Virus record (IMG/VR): IMGVR_UViG_3300030102_006934
Location: 62,001 to 126,000 of that record
DNA: 64,000 nucleotides
Strand: one strand, 5' to 3'
The notes beneath the pieces are model-generated. The model searched no databases and was not told where the DNA came from. It worked only from the letters and a program-made list of their open reading frames with translations. Shown piece after piece: positions 57,360-64,000 of this stretch (positions within the stretch are counted from its first letter, which is position 1; each line of letters starts with the position of its first letter). The position numbers were made by a program, and so were the translations under genes.

Positions 57360-57449
57360 TTATTTTACTATAAAATGTAGTGTAGCAGCTACAGATAAAG
57401 CTATTAAACAAAATAGTAGGGTTCTTAATATTTCTTTAACAATTTCCAT
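57360..57449 (-). CDS. 29-aa single-TM peptide
   Basis: MEIVKEILRTLLFCLIALSVAATLHFIVK, read manually. Confidence 0.4.
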   Translation of the reverse strand: MEIVKEILRTLLFCLIALSVAATLHFIVK

Positions 57450-57451
57450 AG

Positions 57452-57940
57452 TTACATACCACCCTTGATTGGGTATCTAAGACCGAAATTAAACATACTC
57501 CTAGTACCTAAAGAAATATCTCCCCCCGTACCTATTTCACCACAAACTACAAAGTGTAAACCAGTGTTAGGTCTAATATTTAATTGAGCGTATCCCATTA
57601 ATGGATAAGGTCTAACACCTAATACAATAGCTATTTGTTCCCTTTTACCATAATAAGAACCCACACCCACCTTACCAGTTAATATATATGGGTAAGATAA
57701 ACCAATTTGTATATCTATCAAACTATAATCCCCCATAGGTATGTTAGTACCTATCGATAATGAACCCATAAATCTATCGTTATTTTCATAGGTTACACTC
57801 ATGTCTACAATATCTACAACTTCATCTTCGTAATTTACTGTGGTACTTACACCAGCATTGGCTTCTACATAAAATAACTTGTTCTGTGAGTATAATAACT
57901 TAGGTATTAATAAAATTAGTAATAGTATTTTTTTCATCAT
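57452..57940 (-). CDS. secreted/outer-membrane beta-strand protein, copy 2
   Basis: ~83% aa identity to 26791..27270 by manual count. Confidence 0.65.
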   Translation of the reverse strand: MMKKILLLILLIPKLLYSQNKLFYVEANAGVSTTVNYEDEVVDIVDMSVTYENNDRFMGSLSIGTNIPMGDYSLIDIQIGLSYPYILTGKVGVGSYYGKREQIAIVLGVRPYPLMGYAQLNIRPNTGLHFVVCGEIGTGGDISLGTRSMFNFGLRYPIKGGM

Positions 57941-57994
57941 TTTTTTTTTAATTCAAATCTAATCAAAAATTATAAAATCGTAAATAGAAAACAA

Positions 57995-58735
57995 TTATTT
58001 AGTTGTAGCCTTTAAATACTCTCTATTCATCCTAGCAATATTTTCTAATGAAATACCCTTTGGGCATTCTACCTCACATGCACCCGTATTAGTACAATTA
58101 CCAAACCCTTCTTTATCCATCTGATTAACCATGTTGATAACCCTTTCTTTGGACTCAACCTTACCTTGAGGTAACAGTGAAAACTGAGACACCTTAGCCC
58201 CAACAAATAACATAGCCGAACTATTCTTACAACTAGCAACACAAGCTCCACAACCTATACAAGTTGCTGCCTCAAAAGCCTTATCCGCATCTTCCTTTCT
58301 AATGGGTATTGTATTAGCATCTATTAAACTACCCGTGTTTATTGATACGTAACCACCAGATTGTTGAATTCTATCGAAAGCACTTCTATCTACCATTAAA
58401 TCTTTGATTATTGGGAAAGCTTTTGCCCTAAATGGCTCAACGTAGATGGTATCACCGTCATTGAAACTTCTCATGTGTAGTTGGCAAGTTGTAACGCCTT
58501 TATCTGGACCGTGAGGTTCACCGTTTATATACATTGAACACATACCACATATACCTTCTCTACAATCATGGTCGAAAGCTACTGGTTCTAACCCCTCACT
58601 GACTAGGTTACCATTTAAAACATCCATCATTTCTAGAAAAGACATATCACCAGAAATATTATTTATTTCATAGGTAACTATCTTTCCTTTAGATTTATAG
58701 TTTTTTTGACGCCAAACTTTTAAAATTAAATTCAC
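57995..58735 (-). CDS. sdhB: succinate dehydrogenase/fumarate reductase iron-sulfur subunit
   Basis: [41 protein letters not shown]. Confidence 0.93.
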   Translation of the reverse strand: MNLILKVWRQKNYKSKGKIVTYEINNISGDMSFLEMMDVLNGNLVSEGLEPVAFDHDCREGICGMCSMYINGEPHGPDKGVTTCQLHMRSFNDGDTIYVEPFRAKAFPIIKDLMVDRSAFDRIQQSGGYVSINTGSLIDANTIPIRKEDADKAFEAATCIGCGACVASCKNSSAMLFVGAKVSQFSLLPQGKVESKERVINMVNQMDKEGFGNCTNTGACEVECPKGISLENIARMNREYLKATTK

Positions 58736-58787
58736 TACTATTTGGTTAACTCTTTTAAGGTAAATATAAATATGTTTTCAGATTGAT

Positions 58788-59018
58788 TTATTTTTGATTT
58801 TTAGATTTAAATCTAGTACTTAAACTGTTTGTTTTGTGTTTAGTTTTTCTACTCTTAACTCTTTTTCTCCACATTATAAAAGAACTTTTCTTCATATACT
58901 TTCTCATCAGCTTTCTAACATCATTTTCTTTTATCCCAAACTGATATTCTATGGCTTCGAAAGGAGTTCTGTCCTCCCATGCCATCTCTATGATTCTATC
59001 TATGTCTTCTTTTGTCAA
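58788..59018 (-). CDS. TIGR03643/DUF2805 family protein
   Basis: RIIEMAWEDRTPFEAI..QFG..E...WRKRV..RKTKH. Confidence 0.8.
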   Translation of the reverse strand: MTKEDIDRIIEMAWEDRTPFEAIEYQFGIKENDVRKLMRKYMKKSSFIMWRKRVKSRKTKHKTNSLSTRFKSKNQK

Positions 59019-60076
59019 TTGGATATAGGTGCTTTAATTGGGGTGTCCGATTGATAATCAACTAATTCAAAATCAGTTATATCATACCCATCCAATACAC
59101 CATTATTAATTAATACCTTCGGTAATCTTTTAGGTTCTCTGGTTAGTTGTTCTTTCGCCTGTTCAATGTGATTCTTATACAAATGAACATCACCTAAATT
59201 ACCAACCAATTCATCAGGAACCATATTAACTTCTTTAGCGATGATTTCAAGTAGTAAACCATATGATGCTATGTTGAATGGTAAACCTAAGAATGTATCT
59301 ACTGAACGTTGATTCCACATTAGAGAGATTGCTCGTTTAGGTATTCCTGCTTTATCATATTGTTCTTCTCTAGACCATTGATTCATTCTAAATTCATAAC
59401 CCTTTTCCTCAAAGATTTTATATCTTTCATCCTCACTCAACTCTCTTGTGTAAACCTGAAATCCATAATGACAAGGTGGAAGTGTCATTTGGTCTAACTC
59501 ACCTACATTCCAAGCGTTAACCATTAATCTTCTAGAATCTGGATTTGTTTTGAGTTGTTCTATTAGGTTTGAGATTTGGTCATCTCTATTGAGTACTTTG
59601 TAAATAGGTATAGCATCTTCACCCTCTCCTACCCACTCACTCACATTGTTATCATAAATTATTTTCCAACTTCTCCATTGTTTACCATAGATGGGACCTA
59701 ATTCACCCCACTTCTTTGCGAACTCATCATCTGTTTTGATTAGACGAATAAATTCTTCTTTTGTGTAATAGGGTCCAAAGTATTGTGAGTCCCTGTTTTT
59801 GAGATATGATTGGTAAGCGTCCCCATCCCAAATATGACAATCATTATCAACAAGGTATTTGATGTTTGTGTCACCACGTAAGAACCATAACAATTCTGTT
59901 ACAATTCCTTTCCAATACATTTTCTTTGTTGTTAGTAGAGGGAACCCTTGATTCATTTTGTGTCTGATTTGTCTACCAAACACAGAGATTGTACCCGTAC
60001 CAGTACGGTCTTGTTTTTCTTTTCCGTTGTTTAAAATATCTTTTAATAATCTTAGGTAATCGTGTTCTATATTCAT
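59015..60076 (-). CDS. thyA: thymidylate synthase
   Basis: DRTGTGT, FPLLTTKK, ELLWFL.G, GPIYG.QWR, LPPCH, QRSVD.FLGLPFNIASY. Confidence 0.97.
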   Translation of the reverse strand: MNIEHDYLRLLKDILNNGKEKQDRTGTGTISVFGRQIRHKMNQGFPLLTTKKMYWKGIVTELLWFLRGDTNIKYLVDNDCHIWDGDAYQSYLKNRDSQYFGPYYTKEEFIRLIKTDDEFAKKWGELGPIYGKQWRSWKIIYDNNVSEWVGEGEDAIPIYKVLNRDDQISNLIEQLKTNPDSRRLMVNAWNVGELDQMTLPPCHYGFQVYTRELSEDERYKIFEEKGYEFRMNQWSREEQYDKAGIPKRAISLMWNQRSVDTFLGLPFNIASYGLLLEIIAKEVNMVPDELVGNLGDVHLYKNHIEQAKEQLTREPKRLPKVLINNGVLDGYDITDFELVDYQSDTPIKAPISN

Positions 60077-60079
60077 TAA

Positions 60080-60352
60080 TTATTTTTTACCCCTCCTATT
60101 ATTTCTCTTTTTTAACTCATTTTTAAGTTTCCAATAATTACTTCTTATAAATTCTTGGTTTTTTTCATTTTCTTCTTTAACCATAACTCTAGTTAATGAG
60201 ATTAAAAAAGAACATGTAATAACCATAATAATACTGTCGTATCTAACTTCCTGACTTGTTAAGTAAGATAACAAGGTATACATGATTATAAAAATAGTGA
60301 ATACAATTAAAAATTGTTTTGTTAAGTTTTTTAGTTTTTCAAAATATATCAT
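60080..60352 (-). CDS. small membrane protein
   Basis: Two TM segments. Confidence 0.55.
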   Translation of the reverse strand: MIYFEKLKNLTKQFLIVFTIFIIMYTLLSYLTSQEVRYDSIIMVITCSFLISLTRVMVKEENEKNQEFIRSNYWKLKNELKKRNNRRGKK

Positions 60353-60370
60353 AATTACTTTTTATTTTTT

Positions 60371-60601
60371 TTATTCTTTATCCCCCCAACCGTTATTAAG
60401 TTCCATCTTTTTACCCAGTATCGCATTGGATAGTACGTCTAAAAAGTTTTCTTCTTGCCCATACTTTTGTTTGAACAATTCTACATAACTTTCAGCTATC
60501 TTCAGTTGTTCTAAGTTATTACAACTCTCAATTACTCTAATAACCTTGTCATAATCACCCGCTAAATCGGTTATAGGTGATTCAGGATTAAATTCTTCCA
60601 T
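60371..60601 (-). CDS. hypothetical protein
   Basis: VIESC...QL..A..Y.ELF motif. Confidence 0.55.
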   Translation of the reverse strand: MEEFNPESPITDLAGDYDKVIRVIESCNNLEQLKIAESYVELFKQKYGQEENFLDVLSNAILGKKMELNNGWGDKE

Positions 60602-60632
60602 ACTTTTTTATTTTAAATAAAGTTAAATAAAA

Positions 60633-61538
60633 CTAACTTATCAATAGCCCACCATATTTTTTATTATACTCCAAAACGGATAACTCTTTGGCTTTAGCTT
60701 CCATCATGATATCTATGTTGTGTCCATAATTGTTAACTCTACTTCTAACATAGTCGTGATGAGCTCTGAACATTTTTTCATCTCTTGGTTCTGATACATG
60801 TACGGCTGGTACAATATTTTTAGGCCAAGTAGAGATAGCTATTTCTAAAGCTTCTTGGTGTGTCATACCACCATTGTGACAAGTATGGTGATGGTAATCA
60901 AATACTATTGGGATTCCAGTGTTCTCATGAATAAACATAAGGTCACGTACTGTGTACGCTGATTGTTTATCATCGTTTTCAATGGTTAAACGAGACTTTG
61001 TACCTTCATCTAGTGACTTGAAGTTATCTACCCATCTTTGTAAGGCTGAAGTTTTATCACCATATACACCACCAACATGTATGTTTATTTTATTGTAGGG
61101 TGTTCTAGATAGACCCATTAGGTCCATTATCTGTGAGTGTTTATTCAATTCTACTATTGTTTTTTTAACAACATTATCACTGGGGGATGCTAAAACATTA
61201 AATGGTCCTGGATGAAAACTCAAACGTTGGCCGTACTTGTTAGCCAAATTACCAATACCTGATAATAACACACTTATTTTTTTATAATCTGGTAAATCAA
61301 CAAATTCATATTCTGACATCCATGGAAACATATCCGAAGACATACGATAAAAGTTGATACCGTTTTTTTCATTCCATTTAATCACCTCGATTAAGTCTCT
61401 AATGTTTTGTAAAGCTAATTCTGATACATAAGAAATACCTTTCTCATCAAAAGTTTTACGAATCATTCCTCTGTTAGTGGTTATTTTGGGTTTTTGTGAC
61501 CCCAAAGTCATGTTAATACAAGCATATCCAATATTCAT
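60633..61538 (-). CDS. uvsE: UV DNA damage endonuclease
   Basis: IGYACIN, YRMSS, RLSFHPG, INIHVGG.YG, LTIENDD, FDYHHH, MMEAKAKE. Confidence 0.93.
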   Translation of the reverse strand: MNIGYACINMTLGSQKPKITTNRGMIRKTFDEKGISYVSELALQNIRDLIEVIKWNEKNGINFYRMSSDMFPWMSEYEFVDLPDYKKISVLLSGIGNLANKYGQRLSFHPGPFNVLASPSDNVVKKTIVELNKHSQIMDLMGLSRTPYNKINIHVGGVYGDKTSALQRWVDNFKSLDEGTKSRLTIENDDKQSAYTVRDLMFIHENTGIPIVFDYHHHTCHNGGMTHQEALEIAISTWPKNIVPAVHVSEPRDEKMFRAHHDYVRSRVNNYGHNIDIMMEAKAKELSVLEYNKKYGGLLIS

Positions 61539-61604
61539 ACTACAAATATAATAAATTTTTTACAACTAAACAAGTGTGTTAGATATTTATTTAAAAAAGA
61601 TATT

Positions 61605-61847
61605 TTGGAAGATCCTAGTAAAATTTATTTAATACTTGACTCATTGAAGGAGTCTAGGTATGACTATATAGCTGTTGTTAATCCTAAAAATGGGGAAAAA
61701 TTAATGAGTTTGAAGGTTAAGTTAAATAGTGAACGCTTTATGGACCTTTTAGACACTTTTTTCGATTCTGGTTTTAAAGTTGTTAAGATTAGTAAGGAAG
61801 AATTTAACTCTTTAGAAACAGAGGACGTTTTAAGATTTAAAATTTAA
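61605..61847 (+). CDS. hypothetical protein
   Basis: ORF after ATATTTAT. Confidence 0.55.
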   Translation: MEDPSKIYLILDSLKESRYDYIAVVNPKNGEKLMSLKVKLNSERFMDLLDTFFDSGFKVVKISKEEFNSLETEDVLRFKI

Positions 61848-61851
61848 TTGA

Positions 61852-62211
61852 GTGATGAGTAGAATGAATAAAAAAATAAACAAAGAACCTTTACTATCTG
61901 AGAAAAAAATAGATAAAATTATAAAGAAGTATCTATTAGAGAGGGAAGAAGTAAATGATGACTATAGTGAAGAGTTAGAAGATTTTAGTGAAGATACTAA
62001 AGAAGTTTTTAGTGGTATGATAGAAGGTTTGGGAGAAGTTTTGGTAGATTTAGACTTTATAAAAAATAAAGAAGGTGATGTAAAAATCTATAAAAAATAT
62101 AATAAACATCTATATGCCGATAATCATTTAAATACTTTAATTAACAAATTAGAAGATGTTATCAATGAATTAAGTTTCTTAGTAGAGGGTGAAGATACTG
62201 AAGATGTTTAA
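61852..62211 (+). CDS. acidic hypothetical protein with IDKIIKKYLLE motif
   Basis: ORF. Confidence 0.55.
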   Translation: MMSRMNKKINKEPLLSEKKIDKIIKKYLLEREEVNDDYSEELEDFSEDTKEVFSGMIEGLGEVLVDLDFIKNKEGDVKIYKKYNKHLYADNHLNTLINKLEDVINELSFLVEGEDTEDV

Positions 62212-62222
62212 CATTACTTATA

Positions 62223-63344
62223 TTGAGTAAAATACATAAATTAAATAAAAATAATAACCAAGAACTACTATTGTGGTTAAACTCTTTGTGCGAACCCAAC
62301 GATAGTGTTTTTTGTAAACCAAATAAGGGTTTAATATTCTTATCTGAAAACTTACCCAGAAACTACCCACTAAATAATTTTATAAAAGACATAAAAATCA
62401 TATACAAAGAACTTAAACCATATGGTAATAACAATATGGTTATTTTTAGGGGTTTAATAGAGAATATAATAAACCTAGATACACCAATAAACACCATAAA
62501 AATAATATCTGAATACGTTAAAAGAGCTGACAATAGTGAAGATATAAAATCAAAGTTAAGGAAATTTAAAGAAGGTGATTGGTCACCCACTAGTTTGGAT
62601 GATTTTATTAAAAGAACAAAACACCAAACCTACAATGAGTATGAAAATTCTTTTAATGGTGATAATTTTGAATCACATAGAACTAGATTAATTTTAAATT
62701 TCAAAAAAGAGGAAGGAATTAACAACGTAGAGACTATTAAAAAAATATTAAAAGAAGATAAAAATAATACACCTAAAATAGCGAAAGACTTATATAAAAA
62801 TATTATAGATAATTTTGTGGGTGATTTAGTAAAGTCTGACCTTAAATGTGTTAAAAATATTTTAGACACTGAAGGTAACCTTGTGATAGAAAAGGGTGAC
62901 TTAGTCGAGGTTAAGAAAATAGATTATGAAGCCGATAGTTATTTGTCAGAATTTTTTAGTGTTTATAAGAGTAGTGTGGATAAATTGCCAAGTTACGCGA
63001 AAAAAAGAGGTTTTAAGGATAATTATAATGATTTAATTGATAGTGTCTATAATTTACTTTTAAAAAACGATGGTGGTATAATAAATTCGGTGAAAGATAG
63101 TTTCGTGGGTATTATTTACGATGAAAATATCTTTATAAAAAAAGAAAATTTAGAGTTATACTGGAGTAACAAAGGCAGGTCTAGTTGTGAGTCAGACCAC
63201 AGATTATCTATTAGGTATAGGGTTGTTAAAAAAGGTAATAAACCAATATATGGTTATGTCTACAAAGAAGGTGAACCATTACAGAAAGTAAAGTTAAATA
63301 TTCCCAACATAAACAAACAAAAAGTTTATTGTAAATGTAATTAA
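62223..63344 (+). CDS. hypothetical protein
   Basis: 373 aa ORF. Confidence 0.6.
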   Translation: MSKIHKLNKNNNQELLLWLNSLCEPNDSVFCKPNKGLIFLSENLPRNYPLNNFIKDIKIIYKELKPYGNNNMVIFRGLIENIINLDTPINTIKIISEYVKRADNSEDIKSKLRKFKEGDWSPTSLDDFIKRTKHQTYNEYENSFNGDNFESHRTRLILNFKKEEGINNVETIKKILKEDKNNTPKIAKDLYKNIIDNFVGDLVKSDLKCVKNILDTEGNLVIEKGDLVEVKKIDYEADSYLSEFFSVYKSSVDKLPSYAKKRGFKDNYNDLIDSVYNLLLKNDGGIINSVKDSFVGIIYDENIFIKKENLELYWSNKGRSSCESDHRLSIRYRVVKKGNKPIYGYVYKEGEPLQKVKLNIPNINKQKVYCKCN

Positions 63345-63379
63345 ATTATATGTAATTTATAGATATTTATTTATAAGTT

Positions 63380-64000
63380 ATGAAAAATATAATAAAAGAA
63401 GAGTTATTAGTTAAAGTCTTATTAGAGGGTAGATTAGAAGACGTTGTTAACAAATATGCCGATAATCAAGATGATGTTGATGACATACTCTATTTTTCAA
63501 AAAACGATCCATCTGGTAATAATAAATATTTAAAATGGATGGCGAACCAATGGTTAAAACCAGTACCAACTGGTGGAGCCAATAATAAAGGGGATATAGT
63601 TTTAGTTGTTAAATCTTTCCACGAAAATCTACAAAGAATAAATAATAAAGATATTAATAGTTACAAAACTTTTGGTGAATTAAAAAAAGTAACCGATGAG
63701 GCTGAAGAAAAGAAAAAAGAGGCTGAAGAAAAGAAAGCGGTTAAAAATCAAAAAGTTGTAATTTATAATGACGATGATTGGTTGGTCGTGTCCCCATTAT
63801 CGTGGGAAGCTTCTTGTTACTACGGTGCTGGAACAAAGTGGTGTGTGGCCTCAAAACAAACTGACACCCATTGGAAAGGTTACAATAAAAGATCTACCTT
63901 TTTTTATGTGATAGATAAAAATAAAAATCAAAAAGACCCACTTTATAAAGTCGCTTACAGAATGTTAAAGGATAATAGAAGGGAGTTTTGGGATGCTGAG
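63380..64000 (+). CDS. leader-bearing protein (MKNIIKEE...LLEG), 3' truncated
   Basis: Open frame to window end; DPSGNNKYL.W and ASCYYGAGTKWC motifs. Confidence 0.7.
   Translation, partial: MKNIIKEELLVKVLLEGRLEDVVNKYADNQDDVDDILYFSKNDPSGNNKYLKWMANQWLKPVPTGGANNKGDIVLVVKSFHENLQRINNKDINSYKTFGELKKVTDEAEEKKKEAEEKKAVKNQKVVIYNDDDWLVVSPLSWEASCYYGAGTKWCVASKQTDTHWKGYNKRSTFFYVIDKNKNQKDPLYKVAYRMLKDNRREFWDAE

Noticed and set aside
26791-57940. Diversity-generating retroelement template/variable pair
   Set aside because: Both copies are full genes with mostly conservative substitutions throughout; no reverse transcriptase in the window.
59015-60076. Intron or intein in thyA
   Set aside because: Extra segments are short in-frame insertions without splice or intein motifs.
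1-64000. Alternative genetic code (TAG or TGA recoding)
   Set aside because: Conserved genes are full length in code 11, and TAG and TGA end genes at the expected C-termini (21530 for the FKBP, 59015 for thyA).
1-64000. Bacterial chromosome or prophage origin
   Set aside because: Host-like genes are isolated singletons among phage-type genes, with no intact bacterial operons, integrase or att site.

Overview
AT-rich, gene-dense fragment of a very large (jumbo/huge) tailed phage read in standard code 11. It most likely infects Bacteroidota (probably Flavobacteria), judging by TAnnTTTG promoters, A-rich leaders lacking Shine-Dalgarno sites, and Bacteroidota-type Hc1 and SdhB. It holds acidic putative head/core proteins, amidases, a proteostasis cluster (DnaJ, ClpP, tmRNA, FKBP), a TROVE/vWA (DUF2828-like) gene, tail-fibre genes, thyA, uvsE and an orphan sdhB. 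Four things stand out. (1) An array of small-ORF cassettes at 27.76-30.70 kb, joined by ~14 copies of a 20-23 bp element (TAAACCAAAACAAAGATGAG[TAA]) that carries stop codons in all three frames plus the next ATG. (2) A dispersed family of late-promoter proteins built from shuffled ~90-150 aa modules, each opened by [ILV]xE-S-x-D-F-D-W-[VI]-K-D, and usually led by an M..IRKIIREE peptide; these look like protease-processed polyproteins of capsid cargo. (3) Unannotated structured RNAs: three covarying TAAAGA-N4-TTCAGC..N4'-TCTGA stems (one directly after the TROVE-like gene) and a tRNA-shaped RNA with a giant variable arm. (4) A GC-rich island flanked by DnaA-box-like repeats, a candidate origin or packaging end. 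All product calls are from motif recognition by eye; no database search was run.
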